NCBI GenBank assembly: GCA_964455175.1
Contig: CAYVUW010000009.1
Coordinates: forward strand, 4,065-68,064
DNA: 64,000 bases
Reading direction: 5' to 3'
Source: an uncultured Acidobacteriota bacterium
GTDB taxonomy: Bacteria > Acidobacteriota > UBA890
How positions within the stretch are numbered: the stretch's first letter is position 1; each line of letters starts with the position of its first letter. The notes beneath the pieces were generated by a model that ran no database searches, was not told where the DNA came from, and saw only the letters and a program-made list of their open reading frames with translations. Both the position numbers and the translations under genes were made by a program. This document shows positions 9,914 to 19,082 of this stretch, piece after piece.

Positions 9914-9987
9914 GGCCCTTAGCTCAGTCTGGTTAGAGCCCCCGGCTCATAACCGGTTGGTCCCAGGTTCGAATCCTGGAGGGCCCA
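9913..9987 (+). tRNA. tRNA with CAU anticodon (elongator Met or, more likely, lysidine-type Ile2)
   Basis: Cloverleaf: acceptor GGGCCCT/AGGGCCC, D arm GCTC-AGTCTGGTTA-GAGC, anticodon loop CTCATAA (CAT at 9948-9950), T arm CCAGG-TTCGAAT-CCTGG, discriminator A. No CCA is encoded. The overall sequence pattern resembles E. coli ileX more than metT. Confidence 0.85.
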
Positions 9988-10226
9988 TTTATTTTTCCGA
10001 ACTGCAACGCTCACTGATGTCTTCTCTGGGAAAGAGGTCCTTGCGCAATTCTGGACGCGGGTATACAAATGATTGTTCGAGTGTATCGGCTAGCATGCTG
10101 AGAGGTGTTCGTAGATTGTTTCTTGGATCCTTTGCGATGAGAGCGTAGTGAGATCTCGAGTTTTCAGATTGGAGCGAAATAAAATACTGTCCACCGGTGT
10201 GGGCGGCTTTGCTGCCTTAAGCGGTA

Positions 10227-10256
10227 CGGGTGGGCTTCGGCCCGCCCGTTTTTTTT
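10227..10256 (+). terminator. Rho-independent terminator
   Basis: A 9-bp GC-rich stem CGGGTGGGC / GCCCGCCCG (one G-U pair) with a TTCG tetraloop, followed by T8 (10249-10256). Confidence 0.6.
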
Positions 10257-10275
10257 GTGCTTGAAAGAGGCTTCG

Positions 10276-11094
10276 ATGAGTATCAAAGATGGTTTGGCCG
10301 TTCTGGTAAGTGTTCAAGCGCGTGAGCTTGAGCTCAAGCGTATCGATTCTGAAATTGCCGACGTCGAACGTGAACGTGCCGCAGCGCGTGCTGAAATTGA
10401 GGCTGCCGAGGGGGAGGTCGATGCGATCAGAGTTGCTCTCGAGGATGTTCGCTCCGTCTCTAAGCGACTTGACATCGATCTTAAGTCCGCTGAGGAGAAG
10501 GTGACCAAGTTTAATGACCAAATATTGACGGTAAGGACCAACAAGGAGCTGTGGGCGATCCAGGAAGAAATTGGTCATGCGGAAAGAGCAGTTAGTGCCG
10601 TTGAAACGAAAATCCTGCAACAGCTTGAGAACGAGGATTCTCTTGCTACTTCCATTGGGCAAAAGGGCAATGAGCTGACCCATGTGCGGGAAAGTGTTGA
10701 TGCCGCCATTGCCGAGGCGGACAATAAAGAGGCTGAATTAATCTCCGTAAAGGCCAAAGTTGATGATGCACTCTCCACTCTGCAGGATCGCATTCCAGAT
10801 GACCTCATGAAGAAGTACGGGAATATAAAGATGGTACGTGGAGGACTGGGGGTGGCGGAGATACTTGATGAGATTTGTCTGGTGTGCAATTTCAAGATGC
10901 GGCCGCAGCTCTACGCCGACACCTTTAACTTTACTGACATCAAGCATTGCGAAAACTGCGGCCGGATCATCTATGTTGCCGAACGCCTGGGGATTGCTTC
11001 TGGTGTAGATTCAGCACAAGGTGACATGGCTGCATCGAACAGTGGCCAACCTGTTGACTCCGAGCCTGCTACTGCAGGAAACATCACTAGCTGA
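10276..11094 (+). CDS. COG1579/DUF164-type coiled-coil zinc-ribbon protein
   Basis: Long coiled-coil followed by a C-terminal zinc ribbon CLVCNFKMRPQ....CENCGRIIY. The RBS AAGAGG lies 5 nt before the ATG at 10276; the track start at 10255 lies inside the terminator T-tract. Confidence 0.7.
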   Translation: MSIKDGLAVLVSVQARELELKRIDSEIADVERERAAARAEIEAAEGEVDAIRVALEDVRSVSKRLDIDLKSAEEKVTKFNDQILTVRTNKELWAIQEEIGHAERAVSAVETKILQQLENEDSLATSIGQKGNELTHVRESVDAAIAEADNKEAELISVKAKVDDALSTLQDRIPDDLMKKYGNIKMVRGGLGVAEILDEICLVCNFKMRPQLYADTFNFTDIKHCENCGRIIYVAERLGIASGVDSAQGDMAASNSGQPVDSEPATAGNITS

Positions 11095-11096
11095 TT

Positions 11097-11528
11097 GTGG
11101 GGGACGTGGACAAGGCAGTTGTTTACGTTGACGGCGGCTCGCGTGGAAACCCTGGGGATTCGGCTTTTGGGGTATACGCCTGCGACTCCGAAGACACCCC
11201 CATTGCGGCTTTTGGAGGTTTCTTGGGAACGATGACAAACAACCAGGCGGAGTACAGTGCGCTTTTGGCAGCGCTCGAATGGGCTCAAAGCGAAGGCGTA
11301 CAAGAACTCCATGTACGGGCAGATTCCCAGCTGATGGTGCGGCAGATGAAAGGTCAGTACAAGGTTAAGAGTCCCAACCTTCGCCCTCTTTTCGAAGATG
11401 CGATGCGGAGAGCCGACCAGTTTGCACGGTTTGCGATCGAGCATGTTCACCGGGAAGGGAATGTCGAAGCCGATAGATTGGCGAACCTGGCAATGGACTC
11501 ACGTGCGTCGGTCAGAGGATTGTCTTAG
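11097..11528 (+). CDS. rnhA: Ribonuclease HI (type 1 RNase H)
   Basis: Catalytic DEDD context: VYVDGGSRGNPG, TNNQAEYSALLAALEWA, DSQLMVRQMKG, REGNVEADRLAN. Confidence 0.85.
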   Translation: MGDVDKAVVYVDGGSRGNPGDSAFGVYACDSEDTPIAAFGGFLGTMTNNQAEYSALLAALEWAQSEGVQELHVRADSQLMVRQMKGQYKVKSPNLRPLFEDAMRRADQFARFAIEHVHREGNVEADRLANLAMDSRASVRGLS

Positions 11529-11724
11529 CGGGTTAAGCTAAGGTCCCTGGGCGCTTCGCTCAAAATATTTCGACTGATGGCAACCGAGTTGCCATCTAAA
11601 AGAAAGCCATCTCTGGCATTGTCCATTTCGAAGCTATGGCCGGGGTGCCCAGACTCAACAGGTTCATATCAAAACTTGCGAACAATGTTGTCTTCGGTGC
11701 CGGTCTCCCGAGCGGCCTGATAGT

Positions 11725-12453
11725 TTAGTGACGGGTCAACGAAATGCCGCAGAGCATCCGGCCTGCATTATCTCCATCGTGCCGGTAGGACCATAACCAG
11801 TCGCTATTGCATTTCGTGCAGACTTCGGCGTTTGCAATATTGTTTTGAAGCACACCGAGTTGCTGGGTGATCGCCGATGCGACCGCTCCAAGGTTGCAGT
11901 GTAGTCGCTCACCATTCGCAAAGGATACACGGGCCTCCGTGTCATAGCCTTGTCTGTTGAACGCGGCGAGTACTTCGGGGCCGACTTCGTAGCAGCAGGG
12001 CCCAATTGAAGGCCCAATTCCAACCACGCAATCGGTGGGTTTGGTACCAAAGCCCGAAGCCATCATCTCAATGGCATTCTCAATTACGCCCGCAGACAAG
12101 CCACGCCACCCAGCGTGTACAGCGGCTATCACACCGGCGACGGGATCGGCGATCAAGACGGGGAGACAGTCGGCGACGGCGACAGCAATCGTGATTTCTG
12201 GGCAGTTTGTAATAAGCCCGTCGGCGTGAGGCCAGAGACTCGCATTTGTTTCGAAAAACTCGGAACGACTTTCTGGTTCTTGAGGCAATATAAGGACGTT
12301 GGCTCCATGTATTTGTTTGAGGCGAGCGATAGGAGTGGGAACCACGTCCTCAAGATGCCCATCGCGAGTGGCAAACCCATGTCGAATTCCGGGGAGTACC
12401 CACAAGTGTTCTAGTTGAACAATACCCTCAGAGTCGGGGGGGTTACGGATCAT
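11725..12453 (-). CDS. pgeF: Peptidoglycan editing factor PgeF (YfiH/YlmD, COG1496)
   Basis: Motifs LKQIHGANV, VADCLPVL, AVHAGWRG, GPCCYEVG and a C-terminal SYRHDG. Confidence 0.85.
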   Translation of the reverse strand: MIRNPPDSEGIVQLEHLWVLPGIRHGFATRDGHLEDVVPTPIARLKQIHGANVLILPQEPESRSEFFETNASLWPHADGLITNCPEITIAVAVADCLPVLIADPVAGVIAAVHAGWRGLSAGVIENAIEMMASGFGTKPTDCVVGIGPSIGPCCYEVGPEVLAAFNRQGYDTEARVSFANGERLHCNLGAVASAITQQLGVLQNNIANAEVCTKCNSDWLWSYRHDGDNAGRMLCGISLTRH

Positions 12454-12551
12454 TACTTGACTTGGTTCCTCGCGAACGCTTCCCGATTGCCATCCCTCAT
12501 GGGTCGGTGAGGGGCAGGTGCTGCGAACTCGAAAAGTTTACGAGGCCCTGT

Positions 12552-14321
12552 TCACGCCGCTGCATCTACGTTACCCCCTAGGGCTTTACGCCACTGGTTT
12601 CCGAGGGCTTTGCTGGAAGCTCCAGTCCGGAGATGGCCCCAGGGGAGGGGATCGTTGGGCTTGAGGGCACGAAACGCAAAATGGTCGACTGATCCACCGC
12701 GTTCTTCCCATGTCCTAACCGCTTGACGCCAGGACCCAGTTTCTGCCCATAACTCGATTAATTCACCAACACGGCGATCACCCCGCGACGTTAAAGCTTG
12801 AATTTCCGCAGAACGTGGCGACATTGCCTCAATGGCAACGTTGGGGACCTTCGCAAGCCTACGTCGTAGCCAGCGCAACTTGGCAGCATATTCGGATGGG
12901 CGGATCTGTTGAGCCCACTGGAAGGGTGTTGCTGGTTTGGGAATAAGGCAGTTAACTGACAGGGTGATGGTACCTATGCGACCACGGTCACGACTTTCCT
13001 CGATCATAATTTCACGCATTGCGGTACAGAGATTCACCAGGTCTTGAAGATCCGCTTCAGTTTCACCGGGAAGCCCAATAATGACGTAGTTTTTCAGGTT
13101 AAGGACACCGGCCCGAAAGATCATCCGTGTTTTCTCGAGGATTTCTTCGTTAGTAATTTTCTTCATAATCAGCTCTCGCATCCGGTCACTACCTGCCTCA
13201 GGAGCGATTGTGATGCTCCGCTGGCCTGATTCGACGACGCAGCGCAGCAGAGGCTCACGCAGAGTCGAAATGATGAGACTCGGACTGAATACCTGGAGAC
13301 CTCGTTCCCGCAGGCTGGTAGCAATCGCCTCAATATCGGGATGGTCGAGCAGGGCAGTGGCCACTAGGCCAACCCTCTGTGTGGTCGGCAACCAACGCTC
13401 GGCGGCTGCGAGTACGTCGTCCACTTTGTGAACCCGAAACGGCAGGATGTTATAGCCGACCCAACAATAGCGACAGCCTTTGGTGCAGCCACGTGCCACT
13501 TCGATCATTGCCCGATCCCCGAACTCTGTTTCTGGTGTCAGGATCGCAGTCGACGCGACTGTCTCGGGACCCTCGAATACTGCCCTCACCTTGGTCACAA
13601 AAGGTGGGGCCCCATCCTGAGGTGTAAGCCCGGTAAACGTCGGGTAGTCGGATGTGTCGGTTTGGTCATAACGTGGTTCGTACAAACTCGGAACATAGAA
13701 ACCAGGCAAGGCGGCTAAGCTTTGCAGCAACGCAGCTCGGGTTGGCAGGTCGCTGTCAGTTAATTGTCCGCAAGAGTTTCCAGTTTTTTTGCTGTTAGCC
13801 TGGCCTAGAATGCTCTCGATTAACGGACGGACAAGCCCCTCTCCTTCGCCCACACAGCATAAATCGATAAACGGCGCCACAGGTTCCGGGTTTATCGAAA
13901 CTGTAGCTCCCCCAATAATCACGATTGGGTGGGTTGCGTCCCTCTCCGCGTTGCGCGTTGGTAGATTGGCGAGGATAAGCATCCGGACCACGTTGACGTA
14001 GTCGTTTTCAAAAGAGGCAGAAAATGCGATCACATCCGCGTCCGAGACCGGACGTTGTGACTCCACAGTCATCAAAGGGGTGCCGCGCCTTTGATATTCT
14101 TCAATCTCGTGCTTGTCGGGTAAAAAGGAACGCTCCCAGCCCACATCGGGATGGTTGTTAAACAGGCGGTAGAGCGTATGCATACCAAGATTGCTCATAC
14201 CAACCGCGTATGTGTTGGGATAGGCAAGTACGACCCGAAGTCGTCCACCTTGGTTGGGTTCTACCAGGCGAGTTTCTCGTTGGGCTCTACGGCGCAGATA
14301 AAGTGCGGAGTCTGACGGCAT
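12552..14321 (-). CDS. Radical SAM protein with N-terminal B12-binding-like domain (TIGR03960-like, function unknown)
   Basis: N-terminal YPNTYAVGMSNLGMHTLYRLFN, typical of the uncharacterised TIGR03960 family. CX3CX2C cluster motif ARGCTKGCRYCWVG. Confidence 0.8.
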   Translation of the reverse strand: MPSDSALYLRRRAQRETRLVEPNQGGRLRVVLAYPNTYAVGMSNLGMHTLYRLFNNHPDVGWERSFLPDKHEIEEYQRRGTPLMTVESQRPVSDADVIAFSASFENDYVNVVRMLILANLPTRNAERDATHPIVIIGGATVSINPEPVAPFIDLCCVGEGEGLVRPLIESILGQANSKKTGNSCGQLTDSDLPTRAALLQSLAALPGFYVPSLYEPRYDQTDTSDYPTFTGLTPQDGAPPFVTKVRAVFEGPETVASTAILTPETEFGDRAMIEVARGCTKGCRYCWVGYNILPFRVHKVDDVLAAAERWLPTTQRVGLVATALLDHPDIEAIATSLRERGLQVFSPSLIISTLREPLLRCVVESGQRSITIAPEAGSDRMRELIMKKITNEEILEKTRMIFRAGVLNLKNYVIIGLPGETEADLQDLVNLCTAMREIMIEESRDRGRIGTITLSVNCLIPKPATPFQWAQQIRPSEYAAKLRWLRRRLAKVPNVAIEAMSPRSAEIQALTSRGDRRVGELIELWAETGSWRQAVRTWEERGGSVDHFAFRALKPNDPLPWGHLRTGASSKALGNQWRKALGGNVDAAA

Positions 14322-14453
14322 TGGTGCTTTGTGGGACCAGTGGAACGAACAGAGAGCGAATTGTTTTCCAAGATTCTATCAGGATGCCGAAAGACTCCTG
14401 AAGGTGCCTTGTGGCCCGTGTTGCCTTAGGATCTCACCCGTTAGAGCGGAGAC

Positions 14454-15866
14454 TTAGTGTTCCTCGCCTAGATTTTGGGTCCGCAGGAATGTTGGGACGT
14501 CTAGGTCCTCTTCGGCCGAGGCGTCTAAAGCGTGCGAAGCCATATTTTCCTCTTGACTGCCCGGGCGATAAAAATGGCCGGCGTCTGATGTTGCTGACCG
14601 GGAAGCGTCAGCGTAGATATCAACGCGTGACTGGAGGGGTGCCGTGGGTTCGAAACCGGTAGCGATGACGGTGACCTTAACGTTGTTCCCCATATTCTCG
14701 TCGATTACTGCACCAAAAAGAATGTTCGCGTCATCGTCGGCAGTTTCGTAGATGATCGACACTGCTTCGTTAACCTCATGCAGCGTAATATCGGGGCCGC
14801 CGGTGATATTGATCAACACGCCCCGAGCGCCTTCGATTGAAGTGTCCTCGAGTAGTGGGCTTGAAATCGCTGCGATCGCTGCTTGCCTGGCACGCTCCTC
14901 GCCGCACTGCGTGGCCGTGCCCATGATCGCCATGCCCATTCCAGACATGACAGTCTGCACGTCGGCGAAATCCAGGTTAACTAGGCCCGGTACTAAGATC
15001 AGATCGGCAATGCCTTGCACACCTTGATGGAGCACTGTGTCGGCTAATGAAAATGCCTCAACCAACGGTGTCTCCGGTCCGACCATGGCCAAGAGACGAT
15101 CGTTAGGGATTGATATTAGGGTATCTACTGCATCCTCAAGCTCCTGAAGGCCTTGATTGGCTTGCTGCATGCGCCGTTGCCCTTCAAAACGGAAGGGTCG
15201 GGTTACGACCGCTACCGTCAAGGCGCCGAGTTCGTTGGCAAGCCGAGCGATAACCGGCGCCGCTCCAGTTGCGGTGCCGCCACCAAGCCCGCCGGTGACA
15301 AATACCATGTCGCTGCCTTCAAGGAGGTCAGCTATCTCTTCTGTACTCTCAAGTGCTGCTTGGCGACCGATCTCTGGGTTCGCCCCGGCTCCGAGACCGC
15401 TGGTCAGGTTGGCTCCCAACTGGAGCTTTTCGGGCGCGTCGTTGGACTGTAGCGCCTGCTGATCTGTGTTGGCAGCGACGAAATCAACACCCTGGAGCCC
15501 AGAGCGCATCATCCTTGTGATCGCATTTCCTCCTCCACCCCCGACGCCGACTACCTTTATGTGAGCGCCCCGCAGGAAAGATTCAGGTGGTTGCTGGAGT
15601 GGTGTAGGTAATGATTTGGCAACGGTATCCTGGCGCGCCGCTTTCTTCGAAGCCCCACCTTTTTTGACTGGCTTCTTGGTGTCTGCGGCTATGATCTGAG
15701 CCTTAGCGCTACCCGCCCCCTTCTTGTTTTTGTGATCGGGGGGCTCTTTGGAAGAACTTTTGGGTTCCGATGATTTACTTGAGATTACTTTTGACTCTTG
15801 CGCCTGTCGCCGGTGAAGTTCCTCGTGGAGCTCCGGTTGCCAACCTTTTGGTTCTTCTACCGACAT
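14454..15866 (-). CDS. ftsZ: Cell division GTPase FtsZ with ~90-aa basic N-terminal extension
   Basis: GVGGGGGNA, tubulin signature [13 protein letters not shown], and the C-terminal peptide DLDVPTFLR. The ATG at 15866 is preceded by AAGGAG. There is no ATG, GTG or TTG between it and the GTPase core. Confidence 0.95.
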   Translation of the reverse strand: MSVEEPKGWQPELHEELHRRQAQESKVISSKSSEPKSSSKEPPDHKNKKGAGSAKAQIIAADTKKPVKKGGASKKAARQDTVAKSLPTPLQQPPESFLRGAHIKVVGVGGGGGNAITRMMRSGLQGVDFVAANTDQQALQSNDAPEKLQLGANLTSGLGAGANPEIGRQAALESTEEIADLLEGSDMVFVTGGLGGGTATGAAPVIARLANELGALTVAVVTRPFRFEGQRRMQQANQGLQELEDAVDTLISIPNDRLLAMVGPETPLVEAFSLADTVLHQGVQGIADLILVPGLVNLDFADVQTVMSGMGMAIMGTATQCGEERARQAAIAAISSPLLEDTSIEGARGVLINITGGPDITLHEVNEAVSIIYETADDDANILFGAVIDENMGNNVKVTVIATGFEPTAPLQSRVDIYADASRSATSDAGHFYRPGSQEENMASHALDASAEEDLDVPTFLRTQNLGEEH

Positions 15867-15939
15867 GCTCAAATCTCCTTGCTCGGTCCAGGTTGCCCCC
15901 AATCTATCCCGGCCGGTTTGAGAGTCAACCCATAGGCCA

Positions 15940-17166
15940 TCAAAAGAGGTCTCCTAGCCAGCCGCCCAACCATCCCCGCCAACCGCTACCATTTGGTTTG
16001 AAATGGTTGGCAGCATCCCGGTTGTAGTGTCCGTACAACACTAAACCGACTGCAGTGGAATAGATTGGGCTCGACACAATATCGATAAGGCCTTCTATTC
16101 CGATCGGCTGTCCTTGGCGAACTGGCAGTCCGAATCGTTGTTCGGTGAGCTCAGGGAAACCATCGACCAATGAGCCCCCACCCGTAAGAACAAGCCCAGC
16201 GTTGAGTTGGTCAAGAAATCCGGCCCGGTGAAGTTCGTTAGCGACAAGGTCGAGAATTTCGATCGCGCGCGGTTGCAATATTTCGCACAAGCGGCCACGG
16301 GCCAATAAGCGTGGGCCACGGCCTCCGATGCCGGGAATTTCGATCGCCTGGTCTGGGTCGATGAGGCTGGGATCGACACAGCCATGGTTTACTTTCAGGA
16401 CTTCAGCTTCTGTGATCGGTGTACTAAGGCCGACAGCGATGTCGTTGGTTAGGTGGTCTCCACCTGCTGGTAAAACTGCTGTGTGACAGACGCTGCCATC
16501 AACCAGGCAAATCAGGTCGGTCGTACCACCCCCGATGTCGACTAGGGCAACGCCGAGCTCGCGTTCATCATCGGTGAGCACAGCTTCGTTCGATGCGAGC
16601 TGTTCAAGCACGATCCCATGGGCTTCGATGCCGGCTCGATTGACACAGGTGACAAGCGTCTGAATGGCGGAAAGAGCACCCACCACCAAGTGGACCTCGA
16701 CCTCAAGCCGGCTACCAGACATTCCCAGCGGATCAACAATGTCACCCTGCTCGTCAACAGAGAACTCCCGTGGCAGTAGGTGTAGCAGTTCGCGGTCAGG
16801 CGGTAAGTTTAGAGCGCGAGCAGCGTCAACGACACGTCGAATATCTTCTTCGGTGATCTGGCGGGCTCGCCCATTAACGGTCACTGCGCCACGGCTGTTG
16901 AAGCCGCGGATGTGGGCACCAGCGATGCCGATATAGGCACGGTCCACACTGGTTCCAGCCATCAGTTCGGCCTCTTCGATAGCTGATTTTATGCTCTCGA
17001 CTGTTGAGTCGACATCAACAACCGATCCCTTCTTCTGTCCATCGGAGTCAGCAACGCCAACACCGATGACCTCCAGATCGTTGTCGTCGGTCGGTTCGCC
17101 GATGACGGCGCACACTTTGGTTGTCCCAACGTCTAAACCGACTATGTATGGATCGCGCCGTGCCAA
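15940..17166 (-). CDS. ftsA: Cell division protein FtsA (actin-like ATPase)
   Basis: [17 protein letters not shown] and [12 protein letters not shown], positioned between ftsQ and ftsZ. Confidence 0.95.
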   Translation of the reverse strand: MARRDPYIVGLDVGTTKVCAVIGEPTDDNDLEVIGVGVADSDGQKKGSVVDVDSTVESIKSAIEEAELMAGTSVDRAYIGIAGAHIRGFNSRGAVTVNGRARQITEEDIRRVVDAARALNLPPDRELLHLLPREFSVDEQGDIVDPLGMSGSRLEVEVHLVVGALSAIQTLVTCVNRAGIEAHGIVLEQLASNEAVLTDDERELGVALVDIGGGTTDLICLVDGSVCHTAVLPAGGDHLTNDIAVGLSTPITEAEVLKVNHGCVDPSLIDPDQAIEIPGIGGRGPRLLARGRLCEILQPRAIEILDLVANELHRAGFLDQLNAGLVLTGGGSLVDGFPELTEQRFGLPVRQGQPIGIEGLIDIVSSPIYSTAVGLVLYGHYNRDAANHFKPNGSGWRGWLGGWLGDLF

Positions 17167-17174
17167 GACTCCCC

Positions 17175-18116
17175 CTAACCCTCGTCCGGTTCGAAAGCAC
17201 GAACCACAAGTATGTCGGTGTAACGAGCATCAATAGTCGAACGGTCTTCAGGGGGATTGGCATGAAGAAGGCTGCGCACCGCCTCCATTTTGGCGTCCAT
17301 ACGGCGCTCGTCTCCGAGGACAATGTCAAGTCGTCCGGATGCTGCCACCAGAACGACACCCGAGGCATCGATGCGGACATGGTCAAGTGGCGTGGGGAAT
17401 TCTGCATTGGTCTGTGCCATCCAGTCGACGATGGCCAGGGCAGAGAGCAATGAGCGACCATGCTTTGGGTCATTCGTCAGGTGTTGTCCAGGTGCTGACT
17501 CAAGGCTGCCACCGTCGACTAGTCTAATCTTGGGTAACGTCGGCTGTGGCCGGCCATAGGTGTCTAGCACCACCCCTTCACTGTCAATGATGTACGTGTT
17601 TCGGTCGCTGACGACGCGCACCTTTGGGTCGCGTGCCTCAACGGATACGATCAGGCTATCTGGCAACACGCTACGAATACTCGCGCTGTGCACTGCAGGC
17701 AGTTCTTCGATGGAGGCACGGAGTGCCTCGAGATCTAGGGCAAGTAGGTTTTTACCGTAGGCTGGCTTCAGGCGAGCCCGCACCGGTTCGATCAACATAT
17801 TCGGTACCTGGTGCAATCTCACGCTCTGAATCGAGAGGGCTGACGATATCAGAGCCCTTTGATATAGATAGTGAGTGCCGTACGCAAGGGTACTGAAGAC
17901 ACTCACAATAACGATTGGGCGGAGCATAGCATGCAGATACCCCCGGCGACGGAGCGATGGCCGGTTCTTGACCTGACGCATGAACTGAGGCGAGATGCTA
18001 CGGAATCCATTGCCTATTGAAGTGGCCCCGAGGCGATTTCGCCTTCGTCGAGTGTAATAAGCTCGGCGTGAACGGCGTCGCGTAGAGGTTCCCCGGCGAA
18101 ATTGTTTGCTCACCAT
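17175..18116 (-). CDS. ftsQ: Cell division protein FtsQ/DivIB (POTRA domain)
   Basis: Arg-rich cytoplasmic N-terminus, a single TM helix (IVIVSVFSTLAYG) and a POTRA-like periplasmic domain, positioned upstream of ftsA. Confidence 0.75.
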   Translation of the reverse strand: MVSKQFRRGTSTRRRSRRAYYTRRRRNRLGATSIGNGFRSISPQFMRQVKNRPSLRRRGYLHAMLRPIVIVSVFSTLAYGTHYLYQRALISSALSIQSVRLHQVPNMLIEPVRARLKPAYGKNLLALDLEALRASIEELPAVHSASIRSVLPDSLIVSVEARDPKVRVVSDRNTYIIDSEGVVLDTYGRPQPTLPKIRLVDGGSLESAPGQHLTNDPKHGRSLLSALAIVDWMAQTNAEFPTPLDHVRIDASGVVLVAASGRLDIVLGDERRMDAKMEAVRSLLHANPPEDRSTIDARYTDILVVRAFEPDEG

Positions 18117-19078
18117 CTGCAGATTTCTTCTTCCAGGAGGATCCCGGACTGTTCTTTGACAGCTGTTTGAACCTGTGCGATCAGTGTCTCGATGTCAGTG
18201 GAGGTGGCGCCACCACGATTGATTAGGAAGTTGCCATGGAGTGTAGAAACTTGCGCGTTACCGACCCTGATTCCTTTGCATGCGGCCTGCTCGATAAGCC
18301 GACCAGCCGGATGGTTCGGGTCAGGGTTCTTGAAGATACAACCGGTGTTGCGGACACCGACGGGTTGATTCTCACGTTTAAGCTGCTGCAACTTATACGA
18401 TCGGCTGGTGAGTTTTGAAGGGTCTTCTGATCGCACATTTACCGTAGCGGAAACGATGACTGCAGAGGGGCCGACGGTCTCGGGCAGCTGTAATCGACGA
18501 TAGCTCCAAGTCAGTTCATTGTTGTCTAGAGTCTGCCACTTTCCAGCCGTGTCAATCAGATCTATGCGTGCCACGACGTCAGCCATTTGGCCGTTCCAGC
18601 ATCCGGCGTTTCCCGCTACAGCCCCACCGATGGTGCCAGGCAGTCCGGTGGACCAGACGAGGCCAGCAAGGCCGGAGCGAAGGGTGGTTCGCAGTGCTTG
18701 TGCAGTAGGCATGCCGGCGGGCAATTTCGCCGTCGTGGCTTGAATATTGGCCCCGTTAATTAATCTCGTCAGGTTGACCACTGGTTCTATGACACCTGCA
18801 TCGGAGACCAGCACGTTGCTTCCACCGCCTAGGATCCGCCACTCTAGCCCTCGATCGGCACACCATTCCAATACTTTTGCTACGGCCTCAGGATGGTTGG
18901 GCCAGACCATCAGTGGTGTTGAGCCACCGACGCCCATCGAAGTGTAGCGACCGAGAACTTCATCGCGTACTGTCTCACAGCTCTCGGTGGCACAAATTGC
19001 TTCCAGATCAGTTACTGCGGCCGAGCCCCAACTTGCCCCAAAACAAGCGTTATCGCGTGCGTGTGCATTTTTTAACAT
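18110..19078 (-). CDS. murB: UDP-N-acetylenolpyruvoylglucosamine reductase
   Basis: FAD-binding MGVGGSTPLMV and ILGGGSNVLV. I prefer the ATG at 19078, just after the murC stop at 19083; the longer track ORF overlaps murC. Confidence 0.9.
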   Translation of the reverse strand: MLKNAHARDNACFGASWGSAAVTDLEAICATESCETVRDEVLGRYTSMGVGGSTPLMVWPNHPEAVAKVLEWCADRGLEWRILGGGSNVLVSDAGVIEPVVNLTRLINGANIQATTAKLPAGMPTAQALRTTLRSGLAGLVWSTGLPGTIGGAVAGNAGCWNGQMADVVARIDLIDTAGKWQTLDNNELTWSYRRLQLPETVGPSAVIVSATVNVRSEDPSKLTSRSYKLQQLKRENQPVGVRNTGCIFKNPDPNHPAGRLIEQAACKGIRVGNAQVSTLHGNFLINRGGATSTDIETLIAQVQTAVKEQSGILLEEEICRW

Positions 19079-19082
19079 TACT

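Noticed and set aside
9988-10100. Possible att-site or direct repeat of the tRNA(CAU) 3' end, indicating a decayed integrated element
   Set aside because: I found only a weak resemblance (AATTCTGGACGCGGG versus AATCCTGGAGGGCCC). No integrase or other mobile-element genes are nearby.
9840-10148. 102-aa plus-strand ORF
   Set aside because: It reads through the sigma remnant in a different frame and straight across the tRNA(CAU) gene (..WLEPPAHNRLVPGSNPGGP..). It is an artefact.
10090-10683. 197-aa minus-strand ORF
   Set aside because: It overlaps the COG1579 gene in antisense and runs through the plus-strand terminator. It has no motifs. The plus-strand gene has an RBS, a zinc ribbon and tight coupling to rnhA.
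11576-11596. Perfect 9-bp hairpin GATGGCAAC-cga-GTTGCCATC between convergent rnhA and pgeF, considered as a bidirectional terminator
   Set aside because: It has a 3-nt loop and no U-tract on the plus strand. On the minus strand there is only a weak A/T-rich stretch (..AAATATTTT) several nt away. This is not enough to call an intrinsic terminator.
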